Translations under genes and position numbers: made by a program
In this document: positions 18,461 to 27,314 of the stretch, piece by piece
Numbering within the stretch: position 1 is the first letter of the stretch
Layout of the letters: each line of letters opens with the position of its first letter
Source: an uncultured Eubacteriales bacterium
Lineage (GTDB): Bacteria > Acidobacteriota > Aminicenantia > Aminicenantales > Aminicenantaceae
Assembly: GCA_964348015.1 (NCBI GenBank)
Contig: CAYGBC010000050.1
Span: 167,154-231,153, forward strand
Direction: 5' to 3'
Length of the DNA: 64,000 bases
The notes under the pieces: generated by a model
What the model was told of the DNA's origin: nothing
What the model saw: only the letters and a program-made list of their open reading frames with translations
Database searches by the model: none

Positions 18461-20462
18461 TTTTGCCTTCCTTTAATGAGAATATTGATTTTCCGATCAT
18501 CTCTTCGGGCTTATCAATCCCGAAGACCTCAAGAATCGTTGGTGTCAGGTCATAAAGCGCCGGAGAATCGATGTTGATTTTCTGGTTCGTCACCAGAATT
18601 CCGGGAATCACCTCCGGAGCCATGCAGTGGTCACCACTCCATTTTTCAGTGTTGTCTTCAAGAATTTCCCGAGGAATTCTTCCCAACGGAGAAGACCAGG
18701 ACACGCGGTAGCCCAGATTGTAGCCGATAATGATATCCGGAGCTTTATCTTGATGAGCGCCCTGGTAGACATCCTGAGCGGCGAAGGCCCTCAAGACCGG
18801 GCGTTCTCCTGTTTGGGGGTCCCGGAAGCTCTCCAATTTCTGAATAATCTCTCGAATGAGGGCTTCTTTTTCCCTGCCTGGATTGACAATTCCTTCTCCT
18901 TCTCTCCCTTTTTGGTTGATGTAGAGTCCGTTCAGGCCGTATGCATACGCCTTTGTTTTGGACCAATCGGTGTTCATGAAAAGATCCTCTTGGCCCTGCC
19001 TCCATCTGTTGATCAAAGCGTGGTATCCGTTTTCGAGAAGCCAGGTGTTCGGGTTAAAGGACCGGCGATACGGCGAGAATCCATGATCAGACATGACGAT
19101 GAGCACTGTGTCCTTATCTGACTTATCCAAAGCCCTGGCCAGCATCCTGTCCGCTTCTCTGTAGATATTCTCGATCGTGGTTCCGAATTTTTTGGCTTCT
19201 TCGGGATCATATAGGGGATGATTTTTATCGATGTGGCGCCAGAACATATGCTGACGCTGATCAGTGCTGGAGACATAATAGAAAAGAAGACCGGAATCGA
19301 ATCTCTTCAGTTCATACTCGAACATCTCCAGCCTTTCAGAAAGGATGAAGTCATCCTGCTGGAGGAATTCGCCATCATCCAGGACATCGTTATCGAGAGC
19401 CTTCGTATCCGCGGGAAGTCCTTTGGTGAAAAACGGCCCGAATCTTTTTTCCAGCTCTTCTGAATAGGATTTCGGTGTGGAGATCGGAAGGGCGGCGGCT
19501 CTTGGGTCGATGTTGATCGGGGAGATATAGAGTTTAAAATCCGGGCGGACCTGCTTCAAATAGAACATACAGATGCCGCTCACACTCTGTGTGGGAATCA
19601 TGCGGAAATGGATCCTTTTCCAGTCGCTCCATTCGCCCTGTTGAAGTATAAATTCGTGATCCTGAATCACGATTTTGGCAACCGGATGGATCGGATCGAT
19701 ATACACCGTGAAATCGATCGATGTTTCCGTCCGGTCGGCCTTGAAAGTGTTGGTCGGTCCGGGAAGTGAAGCCTCGATTTTATTCTCCTCGACATAGACT
19801 TCGTGGATTTCTCCTCCCCCGATGTCTTCTTTGAGTTCTGTGAATTCAGTCGTGTAATAGTTGAAGTGGTTCAGGCTCCCGACAAGGTCTGGAGTTCCCA
19901 TCCCGGATAACGTTCTCTGTTTGGTGGGGGCTGGAGGATAGTTTCCCGGCATCTTGAACACGGTGGAGGGGATATCGTGGTCTTCCAGAATCTGCCAGAA
20001 CGCCCTTCCTTTTCGAGAGAGTTCGACCTCACCTTCTGAGAGAGGAAGAACCAAATTCCCTATTCGGATTGTCTTTCCAGGCTCTCTGATTTCGGCCCCT
20101 GAAAACTCAGGCATATACACTTCAGGGTCTCTGTGGATAAAGTCGAAGATACCGTGTCCTCCGGGATTCATCCCTGTGATGAAATTCGACCAGGCCACTG
20201 GACTCTGGGGCGGGAGGCTTGTCCTGAGTTGACGAAAATCTCCTCGATTCAACAGCTTTTGGAAAGAAGGGAGCTTTCCTTGCTTCATCCAGACCTGAAG
20301 GAGATGAGGGTCCATCCCGTCTAACCCGAGGACGAGCACCTTCTTCTGGGAATCTTTTTTTCCAGGCGTTCTCGTCATGAGATTGGAGCCGTTCCCCAAA
20401 GCCATGAGAGCCCCGGAAGAGAGGCTGAGTTTAAGAAAATCTCTTCGGCTTATATATTTCAT
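18447..20462 (-). CDS. Alkaline-phosphatase-superfamily protein, type I phosphodiesterase / nucleotide pyrophosphatase (NPP) family, TAT-exported
   Basis: 671 aa. The TAT motif is MKYISRRDFLKLSL. VLVLGLDGMD (metal-binding Asp) and LPPQSPVAWSNFITGMNPGGHGIFDF match the NPP nucleophile region TKTFPNHYSIVTG..HGI. The AP-superfamily DHG motif is VMSDHGF. Confidence 0.8.
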   Translation of the reverse strand: MKYISRRDFLKLSLSSGALMALGNGSNLMTRTPGKKDSQKKVLVLGLDGMDPHLLQVWMKQGKLPSFQKLLNRGDFRQLRTSLPPQSPVAWSNFITGMNPGGHGIFDFIHRDPEVYMPEFSGAEIREPGKTIRIGNLVLPLSEGEVELSRKGRAFWQILEDHDIPSTVFKMPGNYPPAPTKQRTLSGMGTPDLVGSLNHFNYYTTEFTELKEDIGGGEIHEVYVEENKIEASLPGPTNTFKADRTETSIDFTVYIDPIHPVAKIVIQDHEFILQQGEWSDWKRIHFRMIPTQSVSGICMFYLKQVRPDFKLYISPINIDPRAAALPISTPKSYSEELEKRFGPFFTKGLPADTKALDNDVLDDGEFLQQDDFILSERLEMFEYELKRFDSGLLFYYVSSTDQRQHMFWRHIDKNHPLYDPEEAKKFGTTIENIYREADRMLARALDKSDKDTVLIVMSDHGFSPYRRSFNPNTWLLENGYHALINRWRQGQEDLFMNTDWSKTKAYAYGLNGLYINQKGREGEGIVNPGREKEALIREIIQKLESFRDPQTGERPVLRAFAAQDVYQGAHQDKAPDIIIGYNLGYRVSWSSPLGRIPREILEDNTEKWSGDHCMAPEVIPGILVTNQKINIDSPALYDLTPTILEVFGIDKPEEMIGKSIFSLKEGKNGKS

Positions 20463-20473
20463 TCGTGTTTCCC

Positions 20474-22612
20474 CTATTTATCTTTCTTGTTTGAGGGATC
20501 GTCCTGCACGGAGATCAGTGAACGCCCATCCATGTGAGACGGAACTTCGAGCCCGAAAAGTTCGAGTGCGGTCGGCGCGATGTCCATAATGGACGGCGAG
20601 CCTGTGTTGATTTTACGGGTGCAAAAGAATATCCCCGGAACGATCCTGGGGTCGATGCAGTGGTCTCCACTCCAGGCCTTTGTGTTATCCTCGAAGACGG
20701 TCTCGTTCACTTTTCCTGTGACCGAATCCCAGGAAACTCTGTATCCCTGGTTATACCCGACGAGGAGGTCAGGACAGTTCTCCTTATAAGGGCCTGGAGG
20801 GAGCTCATCGCGGTCGAAGATCTCGTTGATGGCGACATCATTTTTTTCTCTGTCTGTCAAACCGTTGAGCTTTTCCTTTAACTCCTTTTTAAGCGCTCTG
20901 GAGTCCTCACTCGCATCGACAATCCCTCGGGCTTCTCTTCCCTTCTGGTTAATGTATATTCCGCCAAGACCCAGGGCATACACTCTTGTCCTTTCCCAGT
21001 CCACGTCTTTGAACCACTCTTCGCTTGTCTTTTTTCCTTTCTGGAGGGACAGGTAGCCGTTCCTGTAGAGCCAGGAATTCAGGTTCACTCCGCGCCTGAA
21101 GGATTTGAAGCCGTGGTCGGACATGATGATCAAGGCGGATTTGTTATCCAATCTCTGGAGGACTTTTCCGACAAGCTCGTCCATTTTTGAGTAAAGCTCC
21201 TCGATCACACGGGAGCTCATTCTGGGCTGACCGGCTTTCAAAGAGGGATGATGTGTGTCCAGATAACGCCAGAACATGTGCTGGATGCTGTCGGTGGTCT
21301 CGAAAACACAGGTGACTAGGCCCTTCCGAGTTTTGTCTATCGCATTGAAAAGCATGTCTTCCCATTCCTTGTGGTTGGAATAGGTCAACTCCAGGAAGGC
21401 CTCTTCACTGAGAGCCCCTTCATTCAGAGCCCAGGTGTCGTTGGCTTCTCCGAGAGTGACGTAGCTTCCCCTGAGCTTAGCCAAATAAACAGAATAGATA
21501 AAAGGATGCGAGATCGGAAGAGCCGGTTTTTCAGGATCGATATTCAGCGGTGTCATGTACATCTCGAAATGGGGATTGATTTGCGCGAGGTAAAAACGAG
21601 CGATCGCTTTAATTTTTACTCCCATCCCCGGACGGAATGTCAGTTTTATCCAATCGGAGAAAGTGTTCGTCTGGAGACGGAATCTTTGACCGGATACTTC
21701 CAGAAGAGCGCTGGCACGCTCTTCGTTAATGGTGATTTTCAGCGGGAGCCGGAGCTCTTCTTCTTTCTTGAGCAGACTGTTTTCCGGTCCGGAGATGTAG
21801 GTCTCAATCTTCCCGTCAGTGATGTGGACGGGAATGTTCATTCCCCCCTCCCGTTTTTGAATCTTTTTGTTGTCTGATGTGTAGAAAAAGAAAGTCCCCT
21901 GGCTGCCTTTCAAGTCCGGGGCGCACATGCCGGAGAGAAGATGGCCGGAGAATTTTTCAGGAGGGAAGGTAATAGGGACTCTGAGTATCGTGCTGAAGAT
22001 GCCTTCTTTTCCCAGAATTTTCCAGAAAGGGACGCTCTTGCGCAGTCCTTTAATCTCAGGTTTGGACAGAGGAACATTGTATTTCCCGAGTGACAGGAAC
22101 TTCTTGGACTTTCCGATTCGCGCAGAGGAGAGGTCTGGAAGATAGGTTCTGGGATCCCTGCTGAGAAAGTCAAAGATGTTGTGTTTGGCGGGGTGCGAGC
22201 CGGTCATGAACGAAGACCAGGCGACAGGGGATATGGCTGGAGTAGTTGTCTGGAGCCTGGCATAAGCTCCTGATTTTTTGATTTTTAAAAAATTGGGGAG
22301 CTTTCCTTCGGACAAATATTTTTCCACAAGAGTGGGTTCCATCCCGTCCAGGCCGATGATGATGAGTTTGTTGATCAGGCTTTTCTTGTAGGCTTTCTGT
22401 CCCTTGATTATCCTGAAGAGGAGCCGAAAAGGCCATGTCAAAAAAGAAAAAAAGGCCAGGAGAAGAGTCAAAAAGAGGACCAGAAAAGAGGAGAGGAAAG
22501 CAAAACCGGCTCCAGGTCCGATATACGCCTGGAGAGGAAGAGAAGAAACCAGTAGGAGCAGAAAAAGAAAACAGGCTCTTCTGACATTTCTTATGTTTTT
22601 CAATGTCGTCAT
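20474..22612 (-). CDS. NPP-family alkaline-phosphatase-superfamily paralogue, membrane-anchored
   Basis: 712 aa. The N-terminal hydrophobic region spans about 60 aa. IIIGLDGMEP, TTPAISPVAWSSFMTGSHPAKHNIFDF and IMSDHGF are present. It is about 55% identical to the downstream paralogue over the N-terminal domain. Confidence 0.8.
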   Translation of the reverse strand: MTTLKNIRNVRRACFLFLLLLVSSLPLQAYIGPGAGFAFLSSFLVLFLTLLLAFFSFLTWPFRLLFRIIKGQKAYKKSLINKLIIIGLDGMEPTLVEKYLSEGKLPNFLKIKKSGAYARLQTTTPAISPVAWSSFMTGSHPAKHNIFDFLSRDPRTYLPDLSSARIGKSKKFLSLGKYNVPLSKPEIKGLRKSVPFWKILGKEGIFSTILRVPITFPPEKFSGHLLSGMCAPDLKGSQGTFFFYTSDNKKIQKREGGMNIPVHITDGKIETYISGPENSLLKKEEELRLPLKITINEERASALLEVSGQRFRLQTNTFSDWIKLTFRPGMGVKIKAIARFYLAQINPHFEMYMTPLNIDPEKPALPISHPFIYSVYLAKLRGSYVTLGEANDTWALNEGALSEEAFLELTYSNHKEWEDMLFNAIDKTRKGLVTCVFETTDSIQHMFWRYLDTHHPSLKAGQPRMSSRVIEELYSKMDELVGKVLQRLDNKSALIIMSDHGFKSFRRGVNLNSWLYRNGYLSLQKGKKTSEEWFKDVDWERTRVYALGLGGIYINQKGREARGIVDASEDSRALKKELKEKLNGLTDREKNDVAINEIFDRDELPPGPYKENCPDLLVGYNQGYRVSWDSVTGKVNETVFEDNTKAWSGDHCIDPRIVPGIFFCTRKINTGSPSIMDIAPTALELFGLEVPSHMDGRSLISVQDDPSNKKDK

Positions 22613-23904
22613 GAATAGTTTTCCAGAATTATCTTTTCTAAATCAGAGATCGTGAGGTCTTGTCCGTATTCTTTGGCAGACCAGAAAAAAGCATCATCCC
22701 AGGTGTGCATGCCTTGAAGGTTGGAACGGCCAAAAACCTCTTTTTTCTTCACCGAGCCTTTCATGTCAAACCCATATTCCGAGAGCACGATCAAGTCTGG
22801 ACCCTCGGATACAAACGGACCGGAATAAATTTCTTCGGTATCAAAGACATGTCTAACGACCTGTTTCCCATCGAATTCCAGGGCTTCCAGTTTCTTTTGC
22901 AGCTCATTTTTTAAAGAATTTTTTTCTGATGGCTCGACACTTCCCCGCAGGAATTTCCCTTTCAAGTTCAGGTAGATCCTGTTCGGGTCCATGGCAAAAG
23001 CGCGGGTGGAAGGTGTGATCTCGGAAAGACTCTCGGGCGAGGAGGTCGTGAAGCTCAAATACCCTTGTTTCTCCATCCAGGCATTGAGGTAAACTTCCTG
23101 ATCAATCCCTGTGAAACCGTGGTCTGAGAGGATATAGAGCGGACTGTCTTCGCTTTTGATTTTTTCATAGGACTCCACAATCATACTGATCAATTGATCG
23201 ATCCTCCGGTAGTAGTCGTAAAACTTGGGATGATCCGCATGGTTTTCATCTTCATAAGCATCCCAAAGGAAATGGTGGAGTCTGTCGGTGCCGGTCACGA
23301 CGAATTCAAAATAATCCCAATCTTCTTTGATGAAGTATTCCAGCGCATTCTGACGGGCCTCCAGAGTTCTCGTAAGCTCCTGCCAGAGGAATTCAGAATC
23401 TTCCCGGGACTTCATCGTGTCAATGTCTATCCGATAGCCCATTTTGTCCAGCAAGGCCTTGATATTCAGAGGATAAACGGCCTTGGAAAGCTCAATGGCC
23501 ACAAATCCAGAGATCAGGATTCCGTTGATCTTCCGAGCCGGGTAGGTGGAGGGTTGATTGATGATGATGCATTTCTTGTTGAGTTTTCCGAGTTTATCCC
23601 AGAAAGTGTCTTGTTTGAGATCAAGAAAATTCGGGAAGCGGAGCGCATAAGTGTCCTTTTGTATATCTGTAAATCCAAAAATGCCATGCACGCCAGGATT
23701 GGCTCCGGTCATGAAATTTGTCCAGCTGACAGATGAAATTTCGGGGAGGCTGGCTTTCATTTTATGAAGGTGGCCGGATCCGATGAGTTTCGACATCGCA
23801 GGCATGACTTCCTTTTGTGTTAGGTCGTGAAGGAGAGAGTGGGGGACGCCGTCCAGCCCGATAACCAGGACTTTCTTCTTCTTTTTTTTCTTAAACAAAG
23901 CCAT
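22609..23904 (-). CDS. NPP-family alkaline-phosphatase-superfamily paralogue, cytoplasmic (no signal peptide)
   Basis: 431 aa. The N-terminus is MALFKKKKKKKVLVIGLDG. LPEISSVSWTNFMTGANPGVHGIFGF and ILSDHGF are present. Its stop overlaps the next gene's start by 4 nt. Confidence 0.75.
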   Translation of the reverse strand: MALFKKKKKKKVLVIGLDGVPHSLLHDLTQKEVMPAMSKLIGSGHLHKMKASLPEISSVSWTNFMTGANPGVHGIFGFTDIQKDTYALRFPNFLDLKQDTFWDKLGKLNKKCIIINQPSTYPARKINGILISGFVAIELSKAVYPLNIKALLDKMGYRIDIDTMKSREDSEFLWQELTRTLEARQNALEYFIKEDWDYFEFVVTGTDRLHHFLWDAYEDENHADHPKFYDYYRRIDQLISMIVESYEKIKSEDSPLYILSDHGFTGIDQEVYLNAWMEKQGYLSFTTSSPESLSEITPSTRAFAMDPNRIYLNLKGKFLRGSVEPSEKNSLKNELQKKLEALEFDGKQVVRHVFDTEEIYSGPFVSEGPDLIVLSEYGFDMKGSVKKKEVFGRSNLQGMHTWDDAFFWSAKEYGQDLTISDLEKIILENYS

Positions 23905-24000
23905 GAAGCCAATTATTATAGCACTGATGGGGATTTCTCTCCAGACATGAGTACATTACATTCAATAAGTATCTTTATTTAAAGGATATTCTATTTAATA

Positions 24001-24134
24001 AGTCAGGCAATCTGGTGAGGAAGCCATCCGGAGGCGAGCGGGCATGGTTCCTCGAAGAGGAGAGCGAGCCGAGGACTAAGTGGATTTTCCTCGCTGGGGA
24101 AAATCCACGGGCTGCCGAATTAGTTTGCCTGACT
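24001..24134. repeat. Intergenic short repeat, copy C, in reverse orientation, bounded by perfect 10-bp terminal inverted repeats
   Basis: agtcaggcaa (24001-24010) is the inverted complement of ttgcctgact (24125-24134). The core 24031-24075 is the reverse complement of the ctcgctctcctc..gaggaacc(g/a)tgcccgctc motif seen at 2529-2575 and 44983-45030. An internal perfect 11-bp hairpin gtggattttcc/ggaaaatccac lies at 24080-24108. Confidence 0.6.
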
Positions 24135-24225
24135 TTTTCTGCATCACGGGAATAAAGACACTTCCAAACATTCAGACTTTTGTGGGGCTCCGAGAAGAGA
24201 GGGAATCCGGAAGCGGCTGTTTCGG

Positions 24226-26373
24226 TTATTGCGGTTTTTCTGAGCCGAGGATTATCCGGGCATCGACAATAGCGCAGCCTTTTCCTTTTTCGTAGACGAT
24301 CAACGGATTAATATCCAGCTCTTGGATGTCTTCAAAATCCATGACGAGTTGGGAGAGCCTCTTCAAACAGTCCTCAACGGCCCCGGTGTCGTACGCCTTT
24401 TCACCCCGGAATCCCTTGAGGATCTTATGCGTTTTTGTCTGAGTGATCATCATGGTCGCCGTGAGTTCGCGGATAGGGGCCAATCTGAAAGTGACATCCT
24501 CGAGGGCCTCCACATAGATGCCTCCCATCCCGAACATCAGGATAGGCCCAAACTGAGGGTCTCTGTTCATGCCCAGGATGATTTCTTTTCCTTCAGCGGC
24601 CATTTCCTCGACAATCACGCCTCGAATTTCTGCATCCGGTTTCCTGGCGAGAACCTTCTTGAGGATGTCCTCGAAACCTCTCCGCACTTCGGTCTTATTC
24701 TTCAGGTTGAGCTTGACTCCTCCAAAATCAAATTTATGAAGGATATCGGGAGACGCGATTTTCAGGACGACAGGGAATCCTATTTTTTCGGCGGCCTCTA
24801 CAGCTTGTCGTTCATTTCCGGCCAGAATAGATTTGACTACAGGAAAATTATAGGCCTTGAGTATTTCGTAAGATTCCTGCTCGAGAAGAAATTGACGGCC
24901 TTCTTTTTTGACCGAATCCACGATTTTTTTAGCTCTGGATTTATTCACTTTGTATCTTTTGATTCCAGTCTGGGGGCGACGCTTCCACCAGGTGAATTTG
25001 GTCATCTCTGAGAGGGTTCTGGCAGCCGATTCAGGAAACCTGTAATCCGGGATCCCGTTTTCTTCCAGGATTTCGATTCCTTTAGAAACGTCATAAACGC
25101 CTAAAAAACAGCTTAAAACAGGTTTTTTAAACTCTCTGGAGACTTGAACGATTGTCTCGGCAATCTTCTCCACATCGGTGAAAGCCGTCGGCGTGAGGAT
25201 GACGATACAGGAATCAACGTTTTTATCGTTGAGGATTTCTCTCAGGGTTATCTCATATTCCTCATGCTGTGCATCGGCGATCAGGTCGATTGGGTTGTTC
25301 AAGCTGGCTGTCGGGGGTAGTATTTTTTTCAAAGTTTTCACTGTGCTGGGGCTGAAGGAAGCCATGTTCATTCCGTACCGGATGCAGGAATCAGTTGCCA
25401 GGATTCCAGGGCCCCCGGAGTTCGTCACGATAGCGACATTTCCGCCATTCGGCAGAGGCTGACTGGAGAACGCTTTGACATAGTCGAAAACTTCTTCCAG
25501 CGTTTCTCCCCTCAGGACACCACACTGATGGAATATGGCGTCATAAACCCTGTCCGAGCCCGCAAGAGATCCGGTGTGAGACGACGCAGCTCTGGCGCCG
25601 AGCAGAGTCCGTCCCGCTTTGAGTGCGATTATGGGTTTGGGGTGAGTCGAGCTGCTCGTGATTTCGCGAGCGATTCTCATGAATTCCCTCCCGTCAGCAA
25701 GATCTTCAAGATACATTAAGATGACATCTGTCTTCGGGTCGTTTTTCAAGTAATGGAGAAGGTCGTTTTCAGTGATGCCGGCTTTGTTTCCCATGCTGAT
25801 GAATTTCGAAAAGCCTATGTTAGACTCGATCGCATAATCCAGCACAGCCACACACAGGGCGCCGCTCTGAGACAGGAAAGCGATGGTTCCTTCTTTGGAC
25901 ATCTGCGTCCCGAATGTCGCGTTCATGGAGGTTACAGGATCGGTGTTGATGACGCCCAGACAGTTCGGGCCGAAAAGAGCCATGTCATATTTGGCTATGA
26001 TTTTTTTGACTTTTTCTTCCCGCTCTATCCCTTTTCCTCCGATCTCTTTGAATCCAGCGGTGATAACGATAGCCCCCTTTATGTTTTTCTTCCCGCATTC
26101 TTCAAGGACTTCCGAAACGAATTGGGGAGGAACGATGATCACAGCCAGGTCGACCACATCGGGAATCTCGATGACATTACGGTAGCACTTGATCCCGAGA
26201 ATCCCTTTAGCCTTGGGATTCACAGGATAGACGATTCCCTGGTACCGGCTGTCGATGATATTCGCCAGGAGAGAGTGGCCCACGCTTCCCGGCCGTCTCG
26301 AAGCGCCGATGACAGCGATAGACCGTGGATAAAAAACTGAATCGAGTTTTTCAGTGATATCTGAATTTTTCAT
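24226..26373 (-). CDS. Acetyl-CoA synthetase (ADP-forming), fused alpha-beta (NDP-forming acyl-CoA synthetase family)
   Basis: 715 aa. The N-terminal CoA-binding part is IAVIGASRRPGSVGHSLL...YPVNPKA. The succinyl-CoA-synthetase-like ligase domain contains the phospho-His loop SHTGSLAGS. The C-terminal ATP-grasp domain is FPVVLKIASPDILHKFDFGGVKLNL. Confidence 0.85.
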   Translation of the reverse strand: MKNSDITEKLDSVFYPRSIAVIGASRRPGSVGHSLLANIIDSRYQGIVYPVNPKAKGILGIKCYRNVIEIPDVVDLAVIIVPPQFVSEVLEECGKKNIKGAIVITAGFKEIGGKGIEREEKVKKIIAKYDMALFGPNCLGVINTDPVTSMNATFGTQMSKEGTIAFLSQSGALCVAVLDYAIESNIGFSKFISMGNKAGITENDLLHYLKNDPKTDVILMYLEDLADGREFMRIAREITSSSTHPKPIIALKAGRTLLGARAASSHTGSLAGSDRVYDAIFHQCGVLRGETLEEVFDYVKAFSSQPLPNGGNVAIVTNSGGPGILATDSCIRYGMNMASFSPSTVKTLKKILPPTASLNNPIDLIADAQHEEYEITLREILNDKNVDSCIVILTPTAFTDVEKIAETIVQVSREFKKPVLSCFLGVYDVSKGIEILEENGIPDYRFPESAARTLSEMTKFTWWKRRPQTGIKRYKVNKSRAKKIVDSVKKEGRQFLLEQESYEILKAYNFPVVKSILAGNERQAVEAAEKIGFPVVLKIASPDILHKFDFGGVKLNLKNKTEVRRGFEDILKKVLARKPDAEIRGVIVEEMAAEGKEIILGMNRDPQFGPILMFGMGGIYVEALEDVTFRLAPIRELTATMMITQTKTHKILKGFRGEKAYDTGAVEDCLKRLSQLVMDFEDIQELDINPLIVYEKGKGCAIVDARIILGSEKPQ

Positions 26374-26431
26374 GGCCTTATGTCCTCAGCATATCATTTG
26401 AAGATTGAGCTGGATACGGTCATTTGCGAAT

Positions 26432-27115
26432 TCAGCCATCCAATGTTTTGAGAACGTGCTCGAGGAATGTTTCTTCCGGAACGGCTCCTTCTATAGAGAT
26501 TTTATCGTTGATGACTGTTTTGGGAACTCCGAAGACATGGTGTTTCTGGGCAAGATGCGGGAATTCGGTCGTCTCCACCATGTCGGCCTTGATCCGGGAA
26601 GATTCGATGGCGAACTGATGACCCAAACGCACGGCCGTTGTGCAATAGGGACACGTCGGGGTCACAAAGACCTGGATGTGGATATCCTGATTAATGTCTT
26701 TGATCGCCTCTTTTGTTTTTGGACTCAAGCCTGTCTTCTCCTTGGAGACATCAAGAATGGCTTCGATAAGACTGGTGTATTCATATCCTGAGGGGATTCC
26801 GAAAAACCGGATTCCATAGTCTTTTTTTCCCAGAATCACCGTGGCTGGGATTTTATCTATCCCGAATTCCTCTGCTTTTTCTTTATCGGCGACAAAATCA
26901 TAGACCGTGAGTTCGATTTTGTCAGAAAGCGAGCTGACTTCTGTGGCCAGCTCTTTGGCTTCTTTACAGAAAAGGCATTCCTGCCCTTTGATGTGGTCAG
27001 GGAGGACCAGTCGACTCGGCTCCTGAGTGAAGAAGAGAAGCTTAACCGTGCCTTCCAATTCTTCTCCGAATTTTTTTTGAGTGGCGTCTTTAACTTCTTT
27101 GTTGAGTATATCCAT
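26432..27115 (-). CDS. Thioredoxin-fold protein disulfide oxidoreductase (glutaredoxin-like, two CxxC motifs)
   Basis: 227 aa with CLFC and CPYC motifs in two thioredoxin-like halves (PDO-like). It lies immediately upstream of the acetyl-CoA synthetase on the same strand. Confidence 0.65.
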   Translation of the reverse strand: MDILNKEVKDATQKKFGEELEGTVKLLFFTQEPSRLVLPDHIKGQECLFCKEAKELATEVSSLSDKIELTVYDFVADKEKAEEFGIDKIPATVILGKKDYGIRFFGIPSGYEYTSLIEAILDVSKEKTGLSPKTKEAIKDINQDIHIQVFVTPTCPYCTTAVRLGHQFAIESSRIKADMVETTEFPHLAQKHHVFGVPKTVINDKISIEGAVPEETFLEHVLKTLDG

Positions 27116-27314
27116 ATTTTATTTTCCTCTCTTGGTTTTTGACATTTTAATTCTGAATTGATGAAAAATCAACATCTTCAACGGCGCTTCAGGATTGTCC
27201 AAAATAAATCTCGACACAACAGAACAAAATTCATGCAGATCATGAAAGATATTTCGCGGATTGGAGAGAAGGTGTTATAATAAAACACATGATTGGGATA
27301 AAGGAGAAAAAAAG

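Noticed and set aside
18447-23904. Considered whether the alkaline-phosphatase-superfamily triplet could be PglZ-like components of a BREX-type defence system.
   Set aside because: The AP-fold domain is N-terminal with NPP-type motifs, whereas in PglZ it is C-terminal. No PglX methyltransferase, BrxC ATPase or other defence genes are nearby.
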